Part shown: piece by piece, positions 36,286 through 49,880 of the stretch
Position numbering within the stretch: the stretch's first letter is position 1
Layout: each line of letters starts with the position of its first letter
NCBI RefSeq assembly: GCF_963506605.1
Contig: NC_083281.1
Location: 26,784,001-26,848,000 of the forward strand
DNA length: 64,000 nucleotides
Origin: Zootoca vivipara
Lineage: Eukaryota
Reading direction: 5' to 3'
The notes under the pieces: model-generated
Told to the model about the DNA's origin: nothing
What the model saw: the letters and a program-made list of their open reading frames with translations, nothing else
Databases searched by the model: none
Program-made: the position numbers and the translations under genes

Positions 36286-37289
36286 GTGGGGTTGGACTCA
36301 AGGGACCATGAACTCTACGTTTGGCAGGACAAAAAGCAGTGTGGGTTTCTTAGCAAAGGACGATTATTTAATGATTGTACTTTTTATCTTGGCCTTCTTG
36401 CAAAGGGAAGAGATAGGGGGAGAAATGCAAGGTTGTTTACATTTTGATGAGAAACCATCTGGTTTGCACTTTTCAAACCAAAGCATGAACAGTTGCCCTA
36501 TGAAATTCAAACGTCTCCAAATTATCAACTGGCAAGTAACAGGTGGAGATTTTCTGGGTAGACCAGGTGCTTGAAGTCTAAAGTGAGCAGAGTTGTATGT
36601 ACTATCAAAGGATTATTAAAAGGAACAAAAAGGGCAGCAAATATGAAATGATTTACAAACACCATATCCTTTGCTCCGAAAAGAAAAGCTTCAAAGTGCA
36701 AGCAGAGGCTTGGTCTTCAAATATCATCCACCAGACTTTAGGATATATTTTTGGCTCAAGCTACCTAAGCTTTACCTTTACCTTTACTTTTACCTTAGCT
36801 AAGTCCCAGAATGCAATACCGGTAGCAGAATTCAGATACATTAAAATGCACTGTGCTGCTTTAGTCTACAGATCATATTTTTGAAGCAAAACAATACAAA
36901 AAACTCCGTACAAATAGAAGACCACCATGGCAATCCAAGGACCCTTTATGCCAGACTGGAGCAGGGGTGGGTGAAATCTTTGCCCAGCCATCAAGTGGAT
37001 GCTGCACTTTGAGGCCTGACTGCTAGGACTTCAAAGCACTGTGAGGAGCTCTTTGAAAGCCCTTTTGCAAACAGCCCTGCACTGCTCATTAAATGGCAGA
37101 TTTTCAGAGGTTTAAAGAACAGCACAGGTCTGTTTGCAAAAGGGCTTTTAAACACTTCTTGGTGCCTTTTAAACATCTGGTTTTCAAAACACCCAATAGC
37201 ACCTGTCACAGATGGGTGTTGGCTACTCCCGAGTAAGCACTCCACACATCCTCTGGATTTTTCAGAGTTTTATTGTGCATGCTATATAC

Positions 37290-37615
37290 CAGGCATGTCC
37301 AACAGGTAGACCGTGATCTACTGGTAGATCACTGGACGTCTGTGGTAGATCACTGGTAGATCACTGGCTCCACCCAAATAAGCATAAGCTCAGCAACTTT
37401 GGCTCCCTCTACATCTTTGCCCTGAAGCCCCCAAAACAGGGCTTTCCTTCCTAAAAAAAAGCTCAACTTTGACCTGAACCCCCCCAAAACATGGATGGCT
37501 TTCCTTCCTAAAAAAGCTCAACAACCTCAACCTGAACCCCCCCCCCCAGGGTAGATCACTGCCAGTTTTTAACTCTGTGAGTAGATCACAGTCTCTTGGA
37601 AGTTGGACACCCCTG
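37290..37615. mobile_element. hAT non-autonomous element
   Basis: CAGGCATGTCCAAC...GTTGGACACCCCTG; TSD CTATATAC; inverted sibling at 46318-46658. Confidence 0.8.
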
Positions 37616-38096
37616 CTATATACAGTGATGAGATGTCTCAAATCATGTCTGCTCTGCATGGGGCAGAAGCCCACAATGGCGCCTCGTGGGCTCTGACCCC
37701 CCTTTTAAGACTGGGCATCCAAACGCCCCTCCTCCTTGCTCTATGGGTCCTCCGTGGTCCCAAACCAGGCTCCTGAGGTGCCGGTCTACCTCCTTTCCAG
37801 CCCCTGCTGAAGCTAGCTCCTCCCCTGCTTCCCTGCTACCAGCCTGGAGCTGAGCCACCAGGACTCTGCAGAGCCCTGGACCCGTCTTAACCCTTCCTGT
37901 TCCTGATTTAAACTCCCAGACTTGCTGCTGCTCTCCCATCTGATGGAAGTAAGCAGAGTGGGCGGCTCTCTGCAAGCCCTCTCTCTTACAGCACCCTATA
38001 CTATAGCACCCAAAACACCCAATAGCACCCTTCCCTCCTGCACATGATGGACAGGTGGGTGTGGTTTGAGGGGAAATGGCCTCTTTTGCCAGGTTA

Positions 38097-38400
38097 GAAT
38101 CATAGAATCATAGAGTTGGAAGAGACCACAAGGGCCATCCAGTCCAACCCCCGTCAAACAGGAAACACCATCAAAGCATTCCTGAGAGATTGCTGTCAAG
38201 CCTCCACTTAAAAACCTCCAAAGAAGGAGACTCCACCACACTCCTTGGCAGCAAAATCCACTGTCGAACAGCTCTTACTGTCAGGAAGTTCTTCCTAATG
38301 TTTAGGTGGAATCTTCTTTCTTGTAGCTTGAATCCATTGCTCCGTGTCCGCTTCTCTGGAGCAGCAGAAAACAACCTTTCACCCTCTTCTATATGACATC
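38097..38400 (-). mobile_element. CR1 LINE 3' fragment
   Basis: RSNGFKLQERRFHLNIRKNFLTVR; (TTCTATGA)n tail. Confidence 0.9.
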
Positions 38401-40539
38401 CTTTAGAGCCCTTCATGGGCCAAGACTGACCCACATGCCATAGGGTCCCTACCCACCTGTGTAGTAAATTGTCTCGGCTCTGAGTTGGAGGGAGACATTG
38501 GATAGATGTCCTCTTTTGGAATTTGAACCATTTTGGGAAACATACTGAGAAATCAAGTTACGGTAGGTGAAACAGGGCCTGCTAATAGTTTTTTGTTTGT
38601 TTTTTTGGCCTGCTAATAGTTAACAGAACAATAGGAAGTTCACTAGAGAGCACCACAGTTGTACAGCAATGTCGATGGATTTCTGTAGGGACGTTAACCA
38701 TCTGTTGTACACAAAAATCCAGGGGTAGCAAAAACCCAGCTCATTCCCCTCCATCAGAGTATCAGATTTATAACCATCCATGATGATCCCACCAGCACTG
38801 CCACCACTGAGCTCACAGAGAAGGGTGAGCCGGTGCTTGTCCTGAGCAGAGGCAGCTTTGAAGGAGCATCCTGTTGCCTCTCCATGGCCTCTCTGTGGCC
38901 ACCATTGCTGGCCTCCTCCCTTGGGGCAGCTTGTAGCGGTTGCTGCTGGAGAGCAGGTGAGGAAGAGGAGAGGTGGCAGCTGGTGGCAGAGGGCAGGGTT
39001 GCCCTGGGTGGGAATAAAGTGGAAGTAGAGCAGAGCACAAAGAGCCTTGATTTAAAGGAAAAAAATACATTGTATGTCAGTGTCTAATCTTGCCCCTTTC
39101 TAAAATTTATTTATTGGTGTGTGCTTTTCTTTTCTTTTCTTTTCAATCTACCAAAGAATCAAATCAAATCAGGATTAAGAGGCTTCCTCGGGACAGTGGG
39201 GGGGCATGTGACCTCTTGGTATAGCGGGGTGACACTCGCCCTTCTTCTAATAGGAAATGCTTGGGGGACACACACAAAAATGGGGTGTCAAGGAGGGTCG
39301 GGGGTGAGAAATGTCGCTACTTTCATCTGAGGAATGTTGGAGGGTATGATCTCCATTCATTGTTATTTTTAGCCACTGTCAATATGGAGACCAAATAAGG
39401 TCTCCTTACTAAATCATTTCAAACAGACCAGTCCAGTTGGGTTGGATTATATGAACCTGGGGCCCAGATTCAACATTCATGAAATCCAGCACAACATTCA
39501 CGCTAGCGGAAGTGGGTTGTTCAACAGGAAATATTGGCTGCGCAACCAGCCACAAGTACTGTGGTGGCTTTCTGAATCTTCTCTTGCACAAGCTATTCTG
39601 CTAGCACAACCAGCACACCACAAAGGGGCTTTAACTTAGCGTGACATTGAATTCCTTCCATTTATAGCATCTTAAAGTCACCATAAAGCAAACTGTCTGT
39701 CATTAAAGCATGTCAACAGTAATATAACCTGCAGCCACTATATGGCAGTAAAATGGGACCAAAACTAACAAAGTACATACAATGTCATAGTGCCTACAAA
39801 TCTAAAGTGCGCACAGTTAACGTATTACTTTAACCTTCATATCAAATGAAACAGTATTTGTTAAAAGAAGCAGACCTACAAGGCCACACACAGGAGATAG
39901 TCATTTGGATCAACCAGAAACACAGGCCACACACACAGCAGTAATCAATCCACATTTATTGTCCACCCTAAAAGTTTCAGATACAGGACAGAAAATTTTG
40001 GCACCAGTTCTTACTTTAGTCTACATTGCTGGGTTAAAGATTCTTCAAGCCATGTCATGCTAAGTTAAAGCCCCTTCGTGGTGTGCTGGTTGTGCTAGCA
40101 GAATGGCTTGTGCAAGAGAAGATTCAGAAAGCCACCACTGTATTTGTAGCTGGTTGCGCAGCCAATTGCTGTAGCCCCAACACTTCTTGTTGAACAACCC
40201 ACTTCTGCTAGCGCAAAACAAGGGTGAACTTTCCCAGAGCAGAGATGGAATAAAGCAGATGGGGTGTGTACTAAAATGCTGATGAGGATTTATTTTTTTT
40301 TAAGTAAACTGATGTGGAAGTAATCAATCAATCAATCAATCGTTTTATTTGTATGCCACCTTTCCAAGGTTAAAACCATGCTCAATGCAGCATACAATGA
40401 ATTAAAAAATTACATAATTACAGACATAACAAAAGAAGCCATAAACAATAAAGACATCAAAAAGTACATAACCAAATTGAACCAATTCCACATAAATCAT
40501 AAGAAGATCTAAAATCAGAAACTGAGTGAAACCACAACT

Positions 40540-41690
40540 GACAGTTGCACTCATCCTTAATCTCAGTGCATGGACACTATCCTCTCATGGAGTGTCTGTT
40601 CACTGTCTCGCCAGAGGGTACACGCTCTGGTCATCTCCGGCTTGGACTTCTGCAATGCACACTACGTGGGGCAACCTTTGAAGGCAACTCCGAAACTACA
40701 ATTAATCCAGATTGCAGCTGCCAGACTGGTGACTGGGAGCAGCTGCCAGGACCATATAACACTAAAAGAACTACATTGGCTTCCAGTACAATTCAACATG
40801 CTGGTATTGACCTTTAAAGTCCTAAACAGCTTTGGCTCTGTAAACCTGAAGAAGCATCTCCATCCCGATTGTTCAGCCCAGACACTGAGGTCCAGCTCCA
40901 ATGGCCTTCTGGTGGTTCCCTCATTGCAAGAAGTGAAGTTGCAGGGAACCCGGCAGAGGGCCTTCTCTGTAGTGGCACCCACCCTGTGGAATGCCCTCCC
41001 ATCAGAAGTCAAAGAGGTAAATAAGTATGTGACCTTCCGTAGACATCTGAAGGCAGCCTTGTACAGTGGTACCTCGGTTTAAGTACACAATTGGCTCCAG
41101 AAGTCTGTACTTAAACTGAAGCGTACTTAACCTGAAGTTAACTTTTCCATTGAAAGTAATGGAAAGTGGATTAATCCGTTCCAGATGGTCCGCGGAGTAC
41201 TTAAACTGAAGCATACTTAACCTGAAGCGAACCTTCCCATTGAAAGTAATGGAAAGTGGATTAATCCGTTCCAGATGGTCCGTGGAGTACTTAAACTGAA
41301 GCGTACTTAACCTGAAGCGAACCTTCCCATTGAAAGTAATGGAAAGTGGATTAATCCGTTCCAGACGGGTTCGTGGACTACTCAACCTGAAGCGTACTTA
41401 ACCCGAAGTATGAGTGTAATTGGTTCTGGAAGTCCGTACTTAACCTGAAGCGTACTTAACCTGAAGCGAACTTTCCCATTGAAAGTAATGGAAAGTGGAT
41501 TAATCCGTTCCAGACGGGTCCACAGAGTACTTAAACTGAAAGTACTCAAACCGAAATGTACTTAAACCGAGGTATGACTGTATTGGGAAGTTTTTTTATG
41601 TGTGATGTTCTGTTGTGTTTTTGTATGTTTTGTTGGAAGCCACCCAGAGTGGCTGGGGCAACCCAATAAGATGGACGGGCTACAGAAAAT
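40540..41690 (+). mobile_element. L2 3' fragment interrupted by a Tigger-like MITE
   Basis: HALVISGLDFCNA..KLQLIQ..WNALP ORF; 3' UTR resumes after 41582. Confidence 0.85.
41064..41580. mobile_element. Tigger-like MITE with about 5 internal 90-bp tandem units
   Basis: TIRs CAGTGGTACCTCGGTTTAAGTAC / GTACTTAAACCGAGGTATGACTG; TA TSD. Confidence 0.85.
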
Positions 41691-42535
41691 AATTTTTTTG
41701 TTGCTGCTGCTGCTGCTGTTGTTATTTCATACCCTGCTAAAAGACCATTTTGAGCAGTTGATATTGTAGGACAATTATTATTATTTTCTCCTAGGAAAAG
41801 AATTGCTCCCCCTTCAGCATTTTTCAATCAATGGAGGGCAGGGTTATTGAATAGTCAAGTAATACAGAAAGTGATGAAGAGCCTTTCATTGCTCTGAAAT
41901 GTGTTTTCACTTATTTTTAATTGTCTTCTTTTAACATCATAGTAATTATTACCGTTATTAATTACATTGATATACAACCTTTTCCTCCAAGCAGTTCAAG
42001 ATGGTAGAAATGTTTCTCCCCCTTCCACAACAACCCTGTGAGGTAGCTTAGGCTGAGAGGCAATGGCTGGCCCAAGGTCACCTCACTGACAAGAACTGCT
42101 TTCCTGTTTTAACCGAGTAACCACACCCGGTAACTGCTGGCTTGCTTGGATTTTTCATTACCTAACCCTTCATTCTACCCACTTCCCTTCCAGATAGTGA
42201 GAAACAGGAAAGTCACAGAATCAAAGAGCCCGAGTAATACCCAAGAGTCCATTGAGCAAAGAAGAAAAAGAGCCAGGAGCCTTTCGCTGCAAAAGGCAAG
42301 CATCCTGAAGGAAGAAGCTTCAGAGTGGTTGGCCAGGTACCACAACAGCAGGAAGGCAAAGTGCAAGGAAGGAATTGAAGGTACAGCGAGAGAGAGAGAG
42401 ACTGAGAGATTGCAGGTCACCCATCAGCTTATCGGGGCAGCCAGAACAGAAGGAGCGTGGAGGATGGAGACAGGAGAAGAAACTCTTGTTGCAGAGTTGC
42501 AAAGTGGGATAGAAGGAGGAGAGCAGGCAAACACC

Positions 42536-45507
42536 ATGAGCAATGAGAAGCCACCTATTCTCCCATCTGGAGAAGAACCCGCACAAGTGTTCGATCCACT
42601 GATGCCTCCTGCTGGGCCAGCACCACCCATGGATTATGGGGTACCCCCCACGGGCTATGGGGCACCTGCCCCCTTCCAACCCCCATACGCAGTTTATTAT
42701 TCCCCACCTGGTGCAGGGTCCACAGAAGATCCCATCCTTCAGCCACCACAGACCATCACCATCACACCTGTACAACCCTGCAATGAACCCGATCACCTGG
42801 GCTACTCCATCTTTACCATGCTCTGCTGCTGCCTACCCCTTGGTATTGCTGCCTTAGTTTACTCTATACAGGTGAGTGTGCAGGAAAGAAGGAGGGAAGG
42901 AGGGAGGGAAGCAGTGTTATGGGTACAAGGGGATTCCCTCATGATAAAATATCCAGGCCAACAGTTATGCTTTAGTTTTTACTAAATTCAAGCTTGTTTC
43001 TGTTTAGGTGAGTCAGAGCCTTCCATTCCCAGAGGGGGCCAAGCTCCCCACATTGTCCTCAGTCAATTGTCCATTCCTCCGGGGGGGGGGGGTCATTATC
43101 TTTGATTAACCAAGATCCTTACTGAAATTTGCGCACCCTGGAATCTAGTGCAGCCCGATAGTTGATCTACACCTCTTATGACATTATACAATGATGCATT
43201 GTATTATATTTTCCAATCATGCAGAGACAATGCAAAACAGAAGCCAAAGCAAACATTGAGGTAATAATGAAATAATAATAGTAATAGTAATAAAGTTTGC
43301 TATGTTGAACTTATCTGGATAAAGATCTCGAAGTATATGGATTTGATTGTCCTTGTTATACGAGTTCCTAATGAAAAGGCCCATTTTTCAGCAAAGTAAT
43401 CATAGTTCTGTCTGCCTCCTGTCACCCAAATCAGATTACCGGTAGTCCTTTTCACCATCGAGGCTGTGTGCCAGACTTCAATCAGTCGATATTTCAAGGT
43501 CGGCAATTGAATTTCCCCCGAATTATAACCATAAGCCTAACTTATGGGGATGCTTACAAGGGAGCCCAACTCCGTGAGCATGAAAGGAACCCTGGCCGAG
43601 GGGTCCTACTTTGCACCCCAAGTCCCATTTTTAAGATAAAGGAAGGAAGAGGAGGCAGTTGAAGTTGCCCTCCAACAGTGAGCAACTGGACAGCAGACTA
43701 AGCAGGAGTGATGCTTGAGACCCACCTTGGATGCTCCACCCTGGTCATTTTCCTTTTGCCCACGCCCTTCTTTCTCTTGCTGCTGTAGTCGCCCAAAAGT
43801 TGCCTCAAGCAACATCTGGCTGCCTTGAGTCCTTGGGACCCTCCCTGGGAGTGGGGTAGTCAAGGTTTTCTTGGTTGTCAGGAGAAGCCCAAGTCGGTAC
43901 CTTTCTGGGGTCAAATCCAGCAGAGTGAGTTGTGCTGGACCATAGCAGCAAAAAAGGAAAACTCCACCTGCCCTCCTCGGGAGCTGCACAGATCCTGGAC
44001 CAAAGACTTCCCCACCTTAAAGCCTGACTGGCTTATTGTGTGGATGCCACATGAAGGGCCACCATCGCCAGCCTTGTGATGGGGGGCTTTCCCCCCGGAG
44101 TTGTGCAGCTCCCGCAGACGAGAGGGTGTGTGCAAGAAAGCCTGGAGTTGGGATCCAGTCCAGCCTCCTTCAGAGAAGCAGACACGGAGCAATGGATTCA
44201 AGCTACAAGAAAGAAGATTCCACCTAAACATAAAAAAAACATTAGGAAGAACTTCCTGACAGTAAGATCTGTTCGGCAGTGGAATTTGCTACCAAGGAGT
44301 GGGGTGGAGTCTCCTTTTTTGGAGGTCTTTAAGCAGAGGCTTCACAGAATATGTCAAGAATGCTTTGATGGTGTTTCCTGCTTGGCAGGGGGTTGGACTG
44401 GATGGCCCTTGTGGTCTCTTCCAACTCTATGATTCTTTTATTCTAATGGCCCAAGCTGCAGCCTGTCTCTGTCTTTCTCCTGCAACCTCTACGGTGGAAA
44501 TGCTTTGGAACTGAGTGTTCAAAGGCACCCTGGTGGTTCCCTGCAAGGAAGAGCCTTTTGCGGTTGGCTGCTCTGCCCTAACTCCTCTTAAGGGGGCTCT
44601 GATCAAAGGGGGGGGCTCTTGTGGCTGCTGCTCCCCACGCACAGCAGCTTCCAGATTGTGAAGGAAGAGGGGCAGGGCCCACACAGATTCAGCCATGACA
44701 TGAGGGGCATAGCTAGGCAGCAGGTCTAGGCTGACTCCTCAGTTCCTGGTCTTGGGAGCCCTACTGCCATTAGGAGATTGGGTGAGGTGGGGCACAGCCT
44801 CTTGAACAGCACACAAAAAAGTATGCAGGCCCTGGAGTGAGGGGGCAGCTCTGTGGGCTGAAACTCTTGAGAATCATAGAATAATAGAATTGTCAAGTTG
44901 GAAGGAACCCCAAGAGTCCAACCACCTGGAATGCAGAAATCTCAATGAGGTCATACATGACAGGTGGCCACCCAACCTCTACTTAAAAACCTCCAGTGAA
45001 CGAAAGTCCACCACCTCTCGTGGGAGTCCATCCCACCGTCAAACAGCTCTTACTGTTAGCAAGTTTGGTCAGAATCTCCTTTCTTGTAATGTGAAGCCAT
45101 TGGTTCAGGTCCTACCCTCGGGAGCGGGAGAAAACAAGCTGCTTGCTCCATCCTCCAAGCTTGGGCTTGCAAGCTTTAGGACCATTATTGGAAATCCATG
45201 TCTCTCATGGAAGGTGTGGAGATGTTGGAGATGGCGCAGGTATGCCAGGTGAGCATGCGAGGCTGGAGTGCCCTTGTACCCTGTGGACAATAGGCCAGGC
45301 CAGGGAAGAAAGACTATCCAATTCAGCCCAGGCTCCTTCACTTATCTCTCTTCCCAGACCCGGAATGCCAACCTCATGGGAAGGACCATTGTTGCAAAGC
45401 AAAAATCCAGGCGGGCACTGAACTTCGCCCACTCAGCGGTTTGCGTGGGGATCGTATTCATCATTCTGAACATCATCCGACTGGTGGTTTGCCGTGACAA
45501 GTACTGA
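42536..45507 (+). CDS. CD225/dispanin paralogue A (PRRT1/SYNDIG1-like), 161 aa: join(42536-42871,45358-45507)
   Basis: Kozak-like CACCATG; Pro-rich N-terminus; EPDHLGYSIFTMLCCCLPLGIAALVYSIQ|TRNANLMG...SRRALNFAHSAVCVGIVFIILNII; phase-0 GT-AG intron; AATAAA near 45764. Confidence 0.92.
44176..44437 (+). mobile_element. CR1 3' fragment in intron of paralogue A
   Basis: Near-identical to 38097-38400 in the opposite orientation; another minus-strand CR1 at 44870-45155. Confidence 0.85.
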
Positions 45508-46317
45508 AGATAAACTGCATTGTTCATATTTGTAATGCGCCACACTCATGCACACACACACATATTCATGACACACTGCTTTTCAGCCTAATCTACCACG
45601 CAGGGTTGTTGCGGGGATTCATGGGGAGGCCTGGGACAGAAGCACCAGAATGGGGTGGAAGATGCCTTGGACTCCAATGCTGCACCACAGTGGGGTACAA
45701 GACCCTCTTGAGATGCAAATGCCGTAAACTCTGCACTCCCGACATTGAAAGCTTCCAGTGTAGAATAAACCAAACTTCTTAAAGATACTACAGTCTCTGC
45801 TGCATGGCTCACATGGGCGTAGGCAGGCGGGCAGGGGGGGCAGCTGCCCCCCAGAAGCAAAAAATTAATGTATTTTACAAACCATAACCAGCACTTTTCC
45901 CCTCCAAAAACTGAAGTGGAAAGGGCTTTGCTTTAGCGAGGACAGCTCGGTCTCTGCCTGCTGGGGGGGCAGGAACACAGCTGTAACAAAAACACATCAA
46001 ATAAATAAAGCAAAGTGGCTACCGGTAGTTAAGCAGTTAAGACAATGGAGCAGATTGTCCATTGCCTCTCAGGCAAGATTTGATAGCTCACCACTTCACC
46101 CTATTGTTCTTCAGTGGGAGTTGTTAATGAGTATTCAGGGATCTCATTAAGAGTTCTATTGGCGATTTAATGAGGGTGCATTGACTAAGGTGGCTCTGCA
46201 AGGCTAAAAGGAAGTGAATAAGAAAAGGGGGGCTGTAGCTTTGATAGACACAGTGATGTTTATAAAAAGCAGTGGTGTTCCAGTCTGCCCCTTCTCCTGC
46301 ATCTGTACACTGTAAAT

Positions 46318-46658
46318 CAGGGGTGGCCACCTCCCAAGAGACTCTGATCTACTCACAGAGTTAAAAAACTGGGAGTGATCTACCCCCTTTTGGGGGGTTC
46401 AGGTCAAAGCTGTTGAGTTTTTTTTTTTTAAGGAAGGAAGCCCTGTTTTTTTGGGTTTAGGTCAAACTTGTTGAGCTTCTTTTAGGAGGGAGGGAGGACC
46501 ATTTTTGTTTAGGGCTTCAGGTCATAGTTCAGCTTTTTTTAGGGAGGAGGAAAATTTTGGGTGAGCTTTTTTTAGGGGTGCCAGTGATCTAGCAGTGATC
46601 TACCACAGATATCCAGTGATATACTGGTAGATCACAATCTACCTGCTGGGCGTGCCTG
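46318..46658. mobile_element. hAT non-autonomous element (sibling of 37290-37615)
   Basis: TSD CTGTAAAT; AGATCACT/AGTGATCT subterminal repeats. Confidence 0.8.
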
Positions 46659-47499
46659 CTGTAAATCAAGCAGAGAGAAAGCTGCTTACAAGGCTCCTGT
46701 ACAGGTGTACCGGTATCTTCCTCTTGCTGCAGAGTTCTAGCATCACAGCGTCACCCAGAGGCACCCACAAATGTGAGTTATCCCTCTCTCTATTTCTTCC
46801 TTCCTTTCCTCCCTCTTCCATCCTCAATAAAATACTGGGGGGGGGCAGATAAGCCCCACATAGAAAGCCCATCAACTTGGGGGGTTGACTCTTTCAAATA
46901 CGGTATTTACCAGTAATTGGGGGGCACCTAGGCCTCTAGGAGTTGGCTGCTATGCCTAGGAGTAGGACAATTCAAGAAAGCAGAATGATGCATATGCTAT
47001 GGTAATATATCAATAGAATCATAGAATTGTGGTCGGAAGGGACCACAAGGGTCATCTAGTTCAATCCCCTGCAATGCAGGAATTTTTACCTAAGGTGGGG
47101 CTTGAACCCACGACATGGTTGAAATATTATGCTGATATGCAGCAACACCTTGGAGCCGTTGTGACTGCGGCCGTGCCTTGCCTCGCCCTCGCCCGTGCTG
47201 CCACTCCCTCTCGCCTGCCCGACCCTCCCGTCCTCTCCAGCCAAGCCGGGTAGCCGCCGATGCTGCCAGCCCCAGAAGCACAAGGTGGCTGCTGCCGCCG
47301 CCACCACGATGTTGTCGGGCCCACTGGCCCTGTAGCCCCGCCCATGTTCCCACTTCGTGGCCCCGCCCCGCCCCTGAACGACCATGGCTCCCCCCCCCCT
47401 AGTTTTTATCCTGGCTACGCCCCTGATGGCTCAGCATCTGGAACCCCTGATATCTTGCTACCGCCCAGCAGAGTGGGGGGGCGGGGGGGACACAATCTT

Positions 47500-49880
47500 T
47501 GTAGCTATATAAGCTTTGTAAAATTTTCTGTTTTACAATTTAAAGTCCTCATTTCTACATCCTTAAGATAGCAATGACTTCCCTTCTTCTCTTTCCATGG
47601 TTCATTTTACATATCATAAATCCCTGCGTATTTTACAGAAACTATACCATTCAGTATTCCATTATTACGTCCATCATAACTTATTTACGCAGTTGAATTT
47701 ATCTTAGTGCTGCCAGCATTTTCAGCTATACACAGTTATTTCCCATATATTCAATAAAGGTTTTTCAATCTTCTCTAAACATATGTTCTTCTTGTTCTCT
47801 TGTTCTATATGTTAAGCCTGCAGGCTGCGCATATTCTGTCAACTGAAGTTGCCACTCTTCTTTGGTTGGGACCTCACTCGTTTTGGGGCTAATGAAACAC
47901 GGGCCGCAGTAGTGGCATACATGCAAGACATGTTCATTCACTCCAATGAATTCCTAATTCTGCAAATTGACCCATACTTTCCTTTCCTTTTCATATATCT
48001 CAGTGCTGTCCTCCTTCTGCTGCCAGCAAGGTTGTAAGTTCAGCCTTGGTGGAGGATCTTGATGAAAGCTGTTCTTTGGCAGCAGCCAGCTCCCAGCAAG
48101 GGGAGATTTGCCTTCCTCGATAACAGGCTGAATAAATTCCAGCTGCTCAGCTTGAAGCCGTCATTTCGGCAGCAATCGTGCTGCAGGGAAAGGACCTTGG
48201 GGCTGAGGTCTTGGGGGGTGAGGGGGGCAGCTCTATATGACCACCAAGATGCATTATATTGTGGGAATTTGCTTGCAGAAATACGTGTATTAATCCAAAC
48301 AGAATACGGAACTATGTTTCTTGGGAGAAATTCACACTAACTAAAGTATGGGTGAATTTTCATGATGATTTTTTTAAAAAAAAAAATCAAATCAAATCGT
48401 TGCAGAAATGTGGAGAACTGAATTTACGACTGGAAAAATACAGAACCTGGAGAACCAAAATTGACAATTTGCCCATTCCTGGCCAGCATTCGTGCCAACT
48501 CCATTGGGGGCCTGGGTGCTCGAGCACCCACAAAATTCCCCATGAAGGGGCTGGGTACCTACAAATTTTGGTGACAGGGCTATGCACGCTGCATAGCACC
48601 CACGGCCCTGGGCACCCACAGTTGTGGAGCCAAGTTGGCACTCCTACTGGCCAGGACAGAAGCTATCCCTTACTGTGACTCAGGAGACACTGCCTGGGTT
48701 TCCTCCAGGGGGCAGAGCCTTACACTGAACACCTCAAGCATTTACCAGTTTATTTTTATTTATTTCTCCATAATTTTTATTAAATTTTCTATTTTACATT
48801 TTAGAAGATTCATTTTTACATCCTTAAAGTATCAATGACTTCCCTTCTTCTCTTTCCATGGTTCATTTCACATAAAATAAATCCCTGCATATTTTATGTA
48901 AACTAAATCATTGAGTATTCCATTATTATATCCATCAAAACTTATTTACACTGTTGAATTTTTCTTAATGCTGCCCACATTTTCAAATATACACAATTTC
49001 CCCCATAAACATTTTCCAATCTTCTTTAAACATATGTTCTTCTTGTTCTCTTATTCTATATGTTCTATATGTTAGCCAAAATGTGTAAATGAGAAATGTG
49101 ATGAGAAATGTTGTAGGTGCCAAAATGAGACTGGCAGTTATATTCATATTTGGTGGAAATGCAGCAAAATTAAACCCTATTGGTATATGGTCTATAAAGA
49201 AATGAAAAAAATACTTAAAGTATTCCTTCAAAAAGAACCCTGAATTATTTCTCCTTGGGATGCTCCATGATGAAATTCGGCCAAAAGATAGAAATATCGT
49301 AATGTATGCAGCGACAGCAGCTAGGATATTAATTGGGAAAAAATGGAAGAGCAAAAAGATACCGAGCAAAGAGGACTGGCAAATTAAAATATTAATATAT
49401 TATAATTCCGCGACGGAAATGGCAGAAGTTAAAGGGATAAATGAGGTTAGAAGAGATAAAGATTGGGGAAAATTTAGAAATTATTTAGCTACAATGGTGG
49501 AAACGCCTCTCTTGCAGAAGGCATATGAAGACTCAGAAATAAAAGGGTTTTTTTTTCAATTGAGAAAATAAGAAATCAGATATACAGACACATGACAGAA
49601 AATGAAAGGCGCAGGACAAAAATGGCTGGAAGTTTGTAATCACTTAGGGTGGGTGGAGGTGAGGGTGGTGGGATATTGAAAAGAGGTATATTTTGATTTG
49701 ATTTGATGTTATTAGAGGAGATTTTATTTCATTTTTTTTCATTTTTTCTTTTTGTGCGTGTAAAAATTACTTTTTATGTTTTGCTCTTGTTTTGTCTCCA
49801 TTTCTATTTCATCCTTATTTTTTGTTTGTGTTTATATGATTTGTAATGTTTGAAAGTAAACAAATAAAGAATTTAATTTG
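47500..49880. mobile_element. Cluster of L1/Tx1 3' fragments (minus 47500-47920 and 48745-49070; plus 49090-49880)
   Basis: MYAATAARILIGKKWKSKKIPSKEDW motif; the two minus copies are similar to each other. Confidence 0.7.

Noticed and set aside
37643-39038. Minus-strand ORFs; LVAQLQAG resembles LVAELQSG upstream of paralogue A
   Set aside because: Short match, poor at nucleotide level, with no CD225 core following
41002-41385. ORF with 30-aa repeats (also 28179-28499); superficially CRISPR-like
   Set aside because: Translation of 90-bp MITE-internal units; no variable spacers
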